Below are positions 1-9,395 of a stretch of DNA of 64,000 nucleotides, piece after piece (the first letter of the stretch is position 1; each line of letters opens with the position of its first letter). Made by a program: the position numbers and the translations under genes. Source of the stretch: a bacterium (lineage in GTDB: Bacteria; Armatimonadota; Zipacnadia; Zipacnadales; Zipacnadaceae); the NCBI GenBank assembly GCA_030615605.1, contig JAUWYY010000005.1, forward strand, positions 119,067-183,066, written 5' to 3'. Below the pieces are notes generated by a model. That model worked only from the letters and a program-made list of their open reading frames with translations. It was not told the origin of the DNA and searched no databases.

Positions 1-1344
1 GTCAGGAACTATCCGGCTAAGGGTAGGGAGTCTAACTGGCTGAGCTCGACGCTGCGAGCGGTGGCGACGCTGTGCTTCGGTGAAATGGGCCGGCTGGTCA
101 ACGCCGGACAGAACGTAGGATTGGAAGAGCTGCTGAGCAAGAAGGTAGTCTTTGAGCTGGATGCGCTCACCCAGTCCGACAAGATATTCTTCATCGAGAC
201 GTTAGTGCTGTGGATCCACCACTACCGCCTGGCCCAGGGAGGAAGGGAGCAATTCAAGCACGCGATCATTATTGAAGAGGCTCATCACATTCTGAACCGC
301 GAGAAGCGATCGCTGACCGGCGGCGAGACAGTTATGGAGATCACCTTCCGAGAGATCAGGGAGTTGGGCGAGAGCATGGTGGTGCTCGACCAGCATCCCT
401 GCCAGATATCGCTGCCCGCACTGGGCAATACCTACTGCACTATCTGCATGAACCTAAAGCACAGAAAGGACACTAATGTCATGGCTAACTGCATGCTGCT
501 GGAAGACGAACAGAAGAGCTGTTTCGGCCAGCTGCAGTTGGGGGAGGCGGTAGTCCGACTGCAGGACCGGATCCGCAGCCCGTTTGTAATCAGGATGCCG
601 GAGTTTGAGGTGGAAAAAGGGGCCATCAGCGACGAAGCGATAAGCCACAGGATGGCGAGGTATTTCAAGCGATTTCAGTCAGCGCAAGACGCCCTACGAC
701 AGGTCTCCCCGATTTCACTGGCAGACGAACATATAGAGGGCAAACCGAATATATCCTATGAAGAATCACAACTGCTGATTGATATAGTGCGATATTCTTC
801 AAGCACAGTGGTAGCTAGATACTCAAGACTCAAGATGAATCGGCGCCGGGGCAATATCGTGCAAAAAGCTCTTATCGAAGCCGGACTAATCCGACCGCAA
901 GATGTCATCACGGGACAGGGCAGGATTGTGCTATTTGAGGTCACAAAAGCCGGCAGGCAAGTTCTGCAGGATTTGGGCCATCAGATACCAGACCACCGGA
1001 ACGGCATTGTGCACCGGTACTGGAAGAAGCGGATTGCCCGGCAGTATAGAAAGCAGGGGTATGAGGTAGAGATTGAAAAACCAATTGACGGCAGGCCGGA
1101 CATTACAGCAGTCAAAGGCCAACGGCGAATAGCAATTGAGATCGAGACCGGCAAGTCTGATGTTTTGGGCAATATTGAAGCTGATCTGGGCGCCGGCTTT
1201 GAGGTGGTCGTCTGCGTCGCCACCGACCGCCGCGCCCTGGACTACATCAGAAGCAAGATCGAGCAAAGCAACATCGACCGCGACAGGGTCGTGGTAGTAG
1301 CAGCCCAACGGCTTGAGCAGGACTCGCCGAAGGCCGGCCAGTAG
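1..1344 (+). CDS. HerA/FtsK-superfamily P-loop ATPase, C-terminal part (5'-partial at window edge), fused to winged-helix and PD-(D/E)xK-like nuclease domain; paralog of 16908..19091
   Basis: Reading frame is open to nt 1. Walker-B-like 'AIIIEEAHHIL' aligns with 'LTIVIEEAHL' of the 16908..19091 protein. C-terminus 'GRPDITAV..IAIEIETGKSD..GNIEADLGAGFEVVVCV' has a restriction-endonuclease-like D..ExK pattern and parallels the paralog's C-terminus. Confidence 0.6.
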   Translation, partial: VRNYPAKGRESNWLSSTLRAVATLCFGEMGRLVNAGQNVGLEELLSKKVVFELDALTQSDKIFFIETLVLWIHHYRLAQGGREQFKHAIIIEEAHHILNREKRSLTGGETVMEITFREIRELGESMVVLDQHPCQISLPALGNTYCTICMNLKHRKDTNVMANCMLLEDEQKSCFGQLQLGEAVVRLQDRIRSPFVIRMPEFEVEKGAISDEAISHRMARYFKRFQSAQDALRQVSPISLADEHIEGKPNISYEESQLLIDIVRYSSSTVVARYSRLKMNRRRGNIVQKALIEAGLIRPQDVITGQGRIVLFEVTKAGRQVLQDLGHQIPDHRNGIVHRYWKKRIARQYRKQGYEVEIEKPIDGRPDITAVKGQRRIAIEIETGKSDVLGNIEADLGAGFEVVVCVATDRRALDYIRSKIEQSNIDRDRVVVVAAQRLEQDSPKAGQ

Positions 1345-1801
1345 CCCGCCCTCCTTCAGTACAGACTATTTAAGCACTGAAAGCCTCTTCTCCAGCAACC
1401 ATATATTGATTTGATTTCAGATAATTCGATGGGCACAGCCCATTAGCTTGTTGGCGCACCAGTTTGCGCTATACAGATGCAAAACAAAAGAGGCATACCA
1501 AGAAAGTGAAAAAGTGAAGAGCTAGCTGTTGCTGTGTGAAACTGCTGTTTCTGGAAGGGGTTATTTCGGCTGTTTCGGCCAGGGAGAAGACTCTCCGTGG
1601 TCTTTTTGTATGTTTAGTTCATAGAAACTCTAAGAAAGGAGTGATGCATATATCGAACGTGCCCCTGGGTGCACGAGATCCGGCAACCGCCGGACAACGA
1701 TACCATGACCATGCCGTACCCCAGTCCGACGAAGGCCTGTAGCTAGTCTGCTGCCACCAGCCAGCGCAGGCTTTCCGCATTTCACGAAAGGAGCAAGCAC
1801 C

Positions 1802-2890
1802 ATGATAGTACGAGACGTCAAGGCGTTAGCCCAAGTCAGCGAGCATATGTACGAACTGAGAGAGCAGATCACCGCCCGCGACCTGCTGCAGGTAGTCCGC
1901 TTCCTATCCAGCATCGGTAAGCGCACCTACAGCGGTTACTGGCGAGGCCAGGGCCGATTGCTGTATAGCTCAGCAGAGGAGCTAACCGAAGCTGAGTTCG
2001 GTCGACTGCTGTCCCAGATGGGACCTGGATATTCGAGTATCGATTACATCCTGAACAGTCGCTACCGGCGCGAAGAGCTGCTGACCAAGATAGCTTCGGC
2101 AACCAAGGTCAAGCGCACAGCAACCAAGCACGAGCTGCTGAGCCTGGCCGCCGCCGACCCGGATCTGTTGTTTGTCGTCTTCAAGCAGGACATCGTAGAG
2201 GCAGCTGCCGGGCAGCTGGCCGAATACCTGAAGAGCAGGGAGCAGCTAGCTTCGGACTGTGGCGAGTACCACCTCACTTTCGCCACCACGCAGCTCTACC
2301 ACCAGCCGCTTTCGGGCGGCGGGCAGTACCACTTCTGGGTCCTGGGCAAGGACAGAACGGTTGAGCCGGCAGACTACACCACCACAGGATATGGCTCGAA
2401 CCTCTTCCTCAACCTGGCGGACAGTGATCAGGAGCTGAGCCAGGCTATGGAAGAGCTGAGCGCGCACGACCCGGGTCCCTTTGAGTTGAATCCGTACTCC
2501 GAGTCGCTGCGTGTAGCAGAGCTTGTGCCGGACCGCCAGCCCATCCGCTACCAGAACGACATTGAGTGGCTGAGTGCCTACTTCGGTAGACGCCGCGCCA
2601 GCAAGTTCGAAACGTTTGCCTCCGGATTAGCCGAGCGAAGTGACCCACAGCTGGTGAATGAGTTAGGGGGCAGCAAATTCGTGGTGTGGTTTGGCAATCA
2701 GCCCGTCTACATGGGTCGGGCCTGCGACCAGGAGCTGTTCGAGAAGATAGCCGCGCACCTTAAGATTGAGTACCTGGGTAACTGCCTCATCTGCACTGTC
2801 ACCGAGAGCCAGACGACTGACGCGCTGTTGGCAATCTGGCAGCAGATAAGCTCAGGGCCCAGAGCTTTTGACCTGGTAAGACTACAGTGA
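1802..2890 (+). CDS. hypothetical protein (362 aa), upstream of MoxR/VWA pair
   Basis: Long ORF with coding-like composition, in a same-strand tight array with the next two genes. No recognisable motif. Confidence 0.5.
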   Translation: MIVRDVKALAQVSEHMYELREQITARDLLQVVRFLSSIGKRTYSGYWRGQGRLLYSSAEELTEAEFGRLLSQMGPGYSSIDYILNSRYRREELLTKIASATKVKRTATKHELLSLAAADPDLLFVVFKQDIVEAAAGQLAEYLKSREQLASDCGEYHLTFATTQLYHQPLSGGGQYHFWVLGKDRTVEPADYTTTGYGSNLFLNLADSDQELSQAMEELSAHDPGPFELNPYSESLRVAELVPDRQPIRYQNDIEWLSAYFGRRRASKFETFASGLAERSDPQLVNELGGSKFVVWFGNQPVYMGRACDQELFEKIAAHLKIEYLGNCLICTVTESQTTDALLAIWQQISSGPRAFDLVRLQ

Positions 2891-2903
2891 AAGGAGACCT
2901 AAA

Positions 2904-4247
2904 ATGTTAGAAGAGATTGTAGCTGGTTGGGATAGTATCGAGCCGGTATTCTTGGCTAACGTGGCACTGCGCAAGCCGTTTATGCTGCTGGGCCGGCACG
3001 GCGTGTGCAAGACTACCGTAGCCAAGCAGCTCAGTCGCATCTACGGCAGCGACGGCTTCCGGTTCTACGACTGCACCAAGGATGACCTGATCTCCATTGC
3101 CGGGATTCCTATCCCCGAGCAGCTGGCCCAGGGCAAGCTGGAGTTCTCTCGGCACGACCGCACCATCTGGGAAGCCCGAGTCATCGTGGTAGACGAGCTG
3201 ACCCGCGCCAACAAAGAGAACCAAAACCTATGGCTGGAGATTCTGGAAGAAAAAACCTGCTTCGGCAAGGAGCTGCACTACGAATGCTTGATCGCCACCA
3301 TGAACCCGGAGAGCTACGCCTCCACCTTCAAGTTGGACCAGGCGCTGCTGGACCGGTTCTATGCGGTGGTGCCCGTCCCCGAACTGCAGCAGGGCACGCC
3401 GGCGCAGGTCTACGAGCGCATAATCAGGATGAACCTGTCCGCCGCTCAATCAGAGCCGGACATCGAGGCCATCCGCCAGAGGCTGGCCGAGATCAGAAGC
3501 AACTACAAGAAGCTCACTACCAGCGAGGTAGTCGAGACAGTAGCTGAATACGTGGGCAACTTCATGGAGATCCTGCTCTCGCAGACCGACTGCTATGTCT
3601 CGCCGCGTAAGGCGGTGCAGTTGTCTGAAGAGATTCTCGCCCTGGGGGCCGGCTGCGGCAGTGACCTGGACAAGGCTGCCCAGCTCGCCCTGACTTATAC
3701 CCTCAGTGTCCCGCTGCAGATCGAGCCCGGATTGCTGCTACAGATCCACGAGAACATCAAGCCACTGCTGCTGGGGGCGCTGTTGCCGGAGGACAAGCTA
3801 AGATTGGAGCTGGGCAAGCTGTGCGAGTCCGACGAACTGCTCTGCTATCTGGAGCAGAAGGCCGCGGAAATTGCCGAACTGCTGCCCTACGACGAAGTAG
3901 AGACGCTCCTGGCTAAGCTCCAGAGTCAGCTGTCGGAGCATAGTCCCGCCGTATGGCGGCTGCAGCAAGTGCTGGCGGCGATGGAGGGCCACGAAGAGCA
4001 GCAGCGCCAGGCCGAGGGTAAGGCCGTACTCTACCTGATTGCCCGGCTGGAAGCCATCGTGGCGACGATCGCCGACCGCTGCATATACAGCCGCAGAGAC
4101 GTGGAGATGAAGGATAAGGTCAAAGCCTTCCTGGCTTTGCTAGAAAGCCTCCCCCTGCCGCAAGAGACGCTGGCCTTCCTGTTCAGCGAGGCGGCGGAGG
4201 ATCACAGTCGTGTCATCAGCTTCATTGAGAAAGGAGAGTTCCAATGA
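2904..4247 (+). CDS. MoxR-like AAA+ ATPase (AAA_5-type)
   Basis: Walker A 'LLGRHGVCKTTVAK', Walker B 'VIVVDELTRAN', 'ATMNPES' (MoxR 'ATQNP'-like). AGGAG RBS upstream. Stop overlaps next start (ATGA). Confidence 0.75.
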   Translation: MLEEIVAGWDSIEPVFLANVALRKPFMLLGRHGVCKTTVAKQLSRIYGSDGFRFYDCTKDDLISIAGIPIPEQLAQGKLEFSRHDRTIWEARVIVVDELTRANKENQNLWLEILEEKTCFGKELHYECLIATMNPESYASTFKLDQALLDRFYAVVPVPELQQGTPAQVYERIIRMNLSAAQSEPDIEAIRQRLAEIRSNYKKLTTSEVVETVAEYVGNFMEILLSQTDCYVSPRKAVQLSEEILALGAGCGSDLDKAAQLALTYTLSVPLQIEPGLLLQIHENIKPLLLGALLPEDKLRLELGKLCESDELLCYLEQKAAEIAELLPYDEVETLLAKLQSQLSEHSPAVWRLQQVLAAMEGHEEQQRQAEGKAVLYLIARLEAIVATIADRCIYSRRDVEMKDKVKAFLALLESLPLPQETLAFLFSEAAEDHSRVISFIEKGEFQ

Positions 4248-5575
4248 CAAGCCTCAACCACAAACTAACCCAGGCCTGCGCCGGGTTGGGAATCAGCCTG
4301 CTGGAGGTTTCCCGCCTCGTGCAGGTAAGTGACCTGCCCAATGTTGCCTGCTGGGGGTACGATACGCGGACCAAGCAGGACTACATTTTCGTCAACCCGC
4401 GGGTACTCCGGTTCAAAGTAGAGCAGATCCGGCTGATCTTGACCCACGAGATGCTCCACTATGCCGGCTACCAGCAGATTTCCGGTGCCAAAGACCAGGA
4501 TCTGGCCAATATCGCGCTGGATATCGCCGTCAACAAGGTACTGGCACTTGCCCACGAACCGGAGATGAAATCGCTGTGCCGCAGGATCTATCCGCAGGAA
4601 ACCACAGACGGGATCGTAGCGCTGGCCCGGCCTGACCTCACTCCCAGCCAAATAGACGACCCTGACATCAGAACCCTCTGGCAGCAGATATGGGAAGAAG
4701 ACGAGATTCCTTCGCCTGCTTCCCTCTACTACAAGCTGCAGTTCAGCGCCGAGCCGGTGGATCTCATCGTTTGGCCGTTCTGGGGAACCGGCGACGGTGA
4801 CATAGTACTGCGAGCAGGCGCTGGCAACGGTGAAGGAGACCAGCTCGCAGCAGCAGCCAAGGGCACCATCGAAAAGTTGATTGCCGAGGCACCATTCGGC
4901 GGCGGCTTCAGCCAGCAAGTCTCGGAGTTGTTCTCCCCGATCCTGGTGGGAAAACAGGTATGCGACACCGCCCAGGTAACTGACTTGCTGCGCCGGATCA
5001 GTGTCCGGCAGCAGGTCGAGCAAGGCGCCGCGAGGATCATCCGTGCCCTCGACGGCAGCTCCGGCCCGCAGCTCTACCCCTACAACCTGAGCCGGTTGGG
5101 GCTTATCTACATGGCCTGCGGCGTAAGCGGGACAGTCCCGCTGTACTGGAACAAGCAGCCTGTTCAGAGCAAGCCGCGGCTGGCCATCTACCTGGATACT
5201 TCGCCCAGTATGGAGCCGTTTCAGGAGATGGAAGTGTTCCTGGTCGATGAGCTCAGGGACCATTTCCCGGCCCAGGCCTTCGCCTTTGCCGGCAGCGTAA
5301 AGGAGATATCGCTCCAGCAGTTCGCTGACGGCAACTACGAGGCCGGCCACTCCACCAGCTTCGACGCGGTCATTGAACATCTGCTCGGTTCCGACTACGA
5401 AGCCGGCGTCGTCTTCACCGACGGCTACTCCAGCGTGAGCTCGTGCAATCAGCAGCACATCCGCCAAAACGGCAAGCGGCTCTTCGTCGTCTATTTCACC
5501 TCCCATCACAGCCAGCCGACCTCCGACCTCGACCAGGTCGCCGAGGCAACCGCGGTTATCAGGCAGTCACGCTAA
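4244..5575 (+). CDS. VWA-like domain protein with N-terminal putative metallopeptidase domain (DUF2201-like), partner of MoxR ATPase
   Basis: HExxH 'THEMLHY' in the N-terminal domain. C-terminal region resembles the vWA-like fold that usually partners MoxR ATPases. Translationally coupled to the upstream gene by a 4-nt overlap. Confidence 0.6.
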   Translation: MTSLNHKLTQACAGLGISLLEVSRLVQVSDLPNVACWGYDTRTKQDYIFVNPRVLRFKVEQIRLILTHEMLHYAGYQQISGAKDQDLANIALDIAVNKVLALAHEPEMKSLCRRIYPQETTDGIVALARPDLTPSQIDDPDIRTLWQQIWEEDEIPSPASLYYKLQFSAEPVDLIVWPFWGTGDGDIVLRAGAGNGEGDQLAAAAKGTIEKLIAEAPFGGGFSQQVSELFSPILVGKQVCDTAQVTDLLRRISVRQQVEQGAARIIRALDGSSGPQLYPYNLSRLGLIYMACGVSGTVPLYWNKQPVQSKPRLAIYLDTSPSMEPFQEMEVFLVDELRDHFPAQAFAFAGSVKEISLQQFADGNYEAGHSTSFDAVIEHLLGSDYEAGVVFTDGYSSVSSCNQQHIRQNGKRLFVVYFTSHHSQPTSDLDQVAEATAVIRQSR

Positions 5576-5698
5576 CCGCTCACTCAACCACATCCTCAGT
5601 AACTCCCCCCGGTGGTATGCTCTACCGCTCCAGTCCCGAGACTACGTTTCAGTACACACTATATAAGTGTCGGCACTCTGCAATAGGGATACGCTCAA

Positions 5699-5893
5699 AT
5701 GACACCAGCAGATCTCGAAACAAAATGCAAGCAGGCGATTCTGCGAATCGTCGATATTATCAAAGACATCGATATGAAGCTGGCCCATATTATCGAGTAT
5801 GGCATACCTGCTCGTGTGAATAGGTACCACGGCAGATACGGTGGTGACAGATCCAACAACGACGCTGGCGAGGGCTATCGCAGCGACAAATGA
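5699..5893 (+). CDS. small hypothetical protein (64 aa)
   Basis: Small ORF whose stop overlaps the next ORF start (ATGA). The region has lower GC. Confidence 0.25.
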   Translation: MTPADLETKCKQAILRIVDIIKDIDMKLAHIIEYGIPARVNRYHGRYGGDRSNNDAGEGYRSDK

Positions 5894-6144
5894 ACCACGA
5901 AGAATCATACAAGTACCAGGATAGGCATTCGCAGTCAACCTACTCGCATAGCGGAGCTGATGAGCCTGAGTCAACATCTCGGCAACCACGCGATCGTGCC
6001 TCCGACATGTCCAACCTCGCAGACCACCTCGAATGGAAGCCGCCGCTGTGGCTCACGATCCTGGAATCGTATCTCACTGCGGCCAAGATCAAAGATCAGG
6101 GCAGCAAGTACTACGAATCCCACAGCGTAACCGGCGATGCCTAA
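5890..6144 (+). CDS. small hypothetical protein (84 aa)
   Basis: Coupled to the preceding small ORF. No homology recognised. Confidence 0.25.
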   Translation: MNHEESYKYQDRHSQSTYSHSGADEPESTSRQPRDRASDMSNLADHLEWKPPLWLTILESYLTAAKIKDQGSKYYESHSVTGDA

Positions 6145-6664
6145 CCTTCTTCTCCTGCTACTAGTACGACTTGTTCTGTTGTCTCCATGGGCAGTGAGGC
6201 CGTCGCCCGCTGGGCACGACCCTGGCCGCAAGTCTTATATAGTCGTGCTTATTTCCATACTTATGAAATACAAGATCATTGGACGGATTGCGCTTGATCG
6301 GAAGGTGATGCGTTTTGACGGTGCCGTGTTCGCCGATCATGATGAAGAAGCCGTGGAGCATGCTTCTCTGGCGGTGAATAAGTTCGTGAAAACCTTGCGC
6401 GCCGATGACTATAGCCCAGGCCGCTTGCCTCCTGCTTCTGCCACCACCACAACCTACCACCTCTTTGCTCGCGATGGTCGCTTTGTGATGACGTGCTGGC
6501 TCAGTGGTGGATTGATCACCCACCAATGGAAATGATACCGCTTATCAGCGATGAAGCGACGCCAGCGCCCGAATGCCCCCGAAACCGAACAATAACTATG
6601 TCTTCTCGCTGGGGGCATCCTTTCAGTACAAGATTTATAAATGTAAGAAGGATTTGATTTCTGA

Positions 6665-7003
6665 TTATTCTCCTCTGAAGATGTTTTCGATATCTTCTAT
6701 CATATCTCTTATTCTAGTATTTAATAGTTCCAGGACTTTCACTATTCTGTCTATCATATTTTCTAAAAGCAAGAGAATGGTTGCTATGATGTTCGCAACC
6801 GCAAACACTAAAGAAGTAACAACTAATAGTGTCAAAGCAATTGGAACGTGCAGGGCGAGAATTACCATAAACTGAAATATAAACAAGAACAGTTTAGTTG
6901 TTGCTATTGCTAATGATTTAAAACTATAAACAAGAGTTTCCCATATTTCTCTGGCGTAACCAATCAAATTCCTGGTAACCCCATCCAGAAACCAAGACTC
7001 CAT
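6665..7003 (-). CDS. small integral membrane protein (112 aa) inside AT-rich insert
   Basis: Hydrophobic segments (FIFQFMVILALHVPIALTLLVVTSLVFAVANIIATILLLL). Sits in the AT-rich segment flanked by 14-bp direct repeats. Confidence 0.45.
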   Translation of the reverse strand: MESWFLDGVTRNLIGYAREIWETLVYSFKSLAIATTKLFLFIFQFMVILALHVPIALTLLVVTSLVFAVANIIATILLLLENMIDRIVKVLELLNTRIRDMIEDIENIFRGE

Positions 7004-7254
7004 TACCTTCTCATCCTTTCATTACTTGCCAACCCCTCTAACCTTTGATCAATTCTTTCAGCTGTTCTGTTAGCTTCATCCAGCCTTTCTCGGGCTTTCT
7101 GTAGAAGAGTATTTGACGAAGCATACAAGCCCTCAACTGCATTGTACAGCCTTCCCAAGGCCTGGTCAAGATATTCTAACATTGTAGTAGAACCAGAGAG
7201 AAAAGAACTTATAAAACTTCCTACTTCTTTGTCAGACTCTCTATAAGCGCACAA
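7003..7254 (-). CDS. coiled-coil protein (83 aa) inside AT-rich insert
   Basis: Heptad-like charged sequence (ARERLDEANRTAERIDQRLEGL). Abuts the membrane-protein gene with adjacent stop/start. Confidence 0.4.
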   Translation of the reverse strand: MCAYRESDKEVGSFISSFLSGSTTMLEYLDQALGRLYNAVEGLYASSNTLLQKARERLDEANRTAERIDQRLEGLASNERMRR

Positions 7255-7291
7255 GAACCATGCCTGCTCGCTGGGGGCATTACCACTTCTT

Positions 7292-8545
7292 GTGCTAAAG
7301 AAGGGAAAAGTTTATATAGTAGTGGTGTCTGCCTTTTCCATGGCAATCGACATCCATCGGTTGGGGGAAGCTTACGAGAGGCGACTCAAGTCTCTCAAAG
7401 CCGACCGCACCCTCCTGACCCGGAACAAGCAGCTCATTCTCAAGTTTTTGGCAGATTGCGAACTCGGCAAAACCATCAAAGGCCGGGCTAAAAAGAAGAT
7501 TGGGCCCAGCCGATTACTCAAGTATAGCTCCGTGCTCAAGACGCTGTCCGGGTGGCTGGGCAGGCCCTTCGACCAGGTAACTCAAGCAGATATGGAGAGG
7601 CTGGTCGGGAATCTGGAAAAGGATGTCTACCAAACGAAAAGAGGTCGACCCTTCGCGGCCGAGACCAAGGTGGACTTCAAAAAGGCCCTTAAGAAATTCT
7701 ATAAGTGGCTGCTCGGTGATAACCGCAGGTATCCGGAAATGGTAGAGTGGATAGACACCTACAGCGAGATGAAAGAGATACCGGCTCTGACCAGAGAAGA
7801 GGTTAAGCGCCTGGCCAATCATTGCCGAGTGAGAGATAAGACCCTGGTTATGGTACTGTTCGACAGCGGAGCCCGAGCTTCCGAACTGCTCAGCATCAAG
7901 ATAGGCGACCTGACCAGAAAAGACGAATACTACATGATGCGGATCCGCCAGGAATATTCCAAGACCAAAGGCCGGACTATTAGTCTAGCGATGTGCACCG
8001 AACCCCTGGATGCCTGGCTGCAAGCCCATCCCGAGGGCAACAATCCGGAGGCCAGGCTGTTTCCTCTGAGTTACAATGCCTTGCGCATGCTGCTTAGCAG
8101 GCTGGGTAGAGAAGTACTGAACAAGAAAGTGACGCCTCATATTCTGCGCCACAGCTCGGCCACCTACTACTGCCACAAGCTGAATCAATACCAGCTTTGC
8201 TACCGGTACGGCTGGAGCATGGCCAGCAATCAGCCGCAGCGCTATATCGACAGAGAAGGTATAAGCGAAGAAGGCACGGCCGAGTTGGTCAAGGGCGACG
8301 AGATGGGTACGCTGAAGAAAGCCAACCAGCAATTGCAGGAGTCGCTTTCGTTGCTCAAGGAACAGCAGGACAAGGTAATGGCTACTCTCAGAAAGCGGGA
8401 AGCAGTTGACCCCATCTTGGATCGGGTATTCAGCAACAAGCGTATTGCTAGGATGATAAGATCCCAGTTGGCACAGGAGGAGATCGTTCAGCCGAGACCA
8501 CCAAAAGCAGCAACAGTCAGGAAACGTCGGTCAACAGCTGCTTGA
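7292..8545 (+). CDS. tyrosine-type site-specific recombinase/integrase
   Basis: C-terminal catalytic motifs 'HILRHSSATY' (HxxR) and 'RYGWS...QRYIDREG' (Tyr). N-terminal SAM-like domain. The real start may be the internal ATG (MAIDIHRL). Confidence 0.85.
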   Translation: MLKKGKVYIVVVSAFSMAIDIHRLGEAYERRLKSLKADRTLLTRNKQLILKFLADCELGKTIKGRAKKKIGPSRLLKYSSVLKTLSGWLGRPFDQVTQADMERLVGNLEKDVYQTKRGRPFAAETKVDFKKALKKFYKWLLGDNRRYPEMVEWIDTYSEMKEIPALTREEVKRLANHCRVRDKTLVMVLFDSGARASELLSIKIGDLTRKDEYYMMRIRQEYSKTKGRTISLAMCTEPLDAWLQAHPEGNNPEARLFPLSYNALRMLLSRLGREVLNKKVTPHILRHSSATYYCHKLNQYQLCYRYGWSMASNQPQRYIDREGISEEGTAELVKGDEMGTLKKANQQLQESLSLLKEQQDKVMATLRKREAVDPILDRVFSNKRIARMIRSQLAQEEIVQPRPPKAATVRKRRSTAA

Positions 8546-9170
8546 TTTTCAGTCCAGTCTTGCTCAGTCTGTATCTCGCCAGTGGCTTGCGCTTCCCTCT
8601 TTTTCTGTGTTCCTCTTCTCTTATCACTATTTCTCCCTGTATCGCTTTCTGCAGTATATCATTCAGATTTTGCCTACTTATCCCCATCGGCTCAGCGCCA
8701 GCTCTCTGCGTCCTGGGCCGATAGCGCTTCTTGATCTCCTGCAAGATCTCTTTGGGCCTCATCGCCTCGTCACTCATCGCGCAAACGATGGCTTTCTTCT
8801 GACGCCCACACGCCACCCAGCCGTAGCTGCGCCAGTTGATTCTAGGTTGCTGGTAGACACTAGCTAGCCCACGTTCTTCGCACAGATGTGCACGCAACGC
8901 ACGTCCCTTGGCGGTCAGGCCGTAGACTGTGCCCGGGCGACCCCGTGGGAGGGAGGGTGTCAGGCACTTGATGATGTGCTGCCCTTGAAGCTCGCGAAGA
9001 ATAGGCGTCGGCTTGGGGTGTTGGATGAGGTTCAATTTGCCAGTGATGCAGCGTACCAGTTCGCCGGCCAGCTTGGGCTTGTCCAATGTCAGAATCGCAG
9101 GTGTCGCCCTATCCTTTGTAAGACCAGTACGGATACTTCTCGCGCTGATGCGTCGTCTTGTTGCTCCCAT
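8517..9170 (-). CDS. hypothetical protein, possible winged-helix DNA-binding protein
   Basis: 'GRPGTVYGLTAKGRAL' and 'RYRLSKTGLKIK' resemble wHTH wings. Overlaps the integrase 3' end. Start uncertain. Confidence 0.3.
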   Translation of the reverse strand: MGATRRRISARSIRTGLTKDRATPAILTLDKPKLAGELVRCITGKLNLIQHPKPTPILRELQGQHIIKCLTPSLPRGRPGTVYGLTAKGRALRAHLCEERGLASVYQQPRINWRSYGWVACGRQKKAIVCAMSDEAMRPKEILQEIKKRYRPRTQRAGAEPMGISRQNLNDILQKAIQGEIVIREEEHRKRGKRKPLARYRLSKTGLKIKQLLTDVS

Positions 9171-9395
9171 ATGGGGCTAACACTTACCATCCGTTTAAGA
9201 TTGTTGTACTGAAAGTGTTCCGTGCCGAATGCGAGGCACTCCTGTGGCGCTGGACACACTCCGAGCGTGGGTCAGCCGTGGCCAGCCGTGTGCTCTCAAG
9301 TTGTGTTGTGTCAAGTGAAGGACTGTCAGCCCTCCAACGCGAAAGATGGTTGGGTAAGAAGGTTGCTCAGGCGCTTTGGCAGGAGGACATCAGTG

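Noticed and set aside
3230-3547. 105-aa plus-strand ORF within the MoxR gene in another frame
   Set aside because: This is an internal out-of-frame ORF with Gly/Arg/Ala-rich composition, and MoxR has motif support.
4265-5509. 414-aa ORF on the minus strand
   Set aside because: It is entirely antisense to the VWA/metallopeptidase gene. Long antisense ORFs are expected in ~60% GC DNA, and the sense gene has motifs, an RBS and translational coupling.
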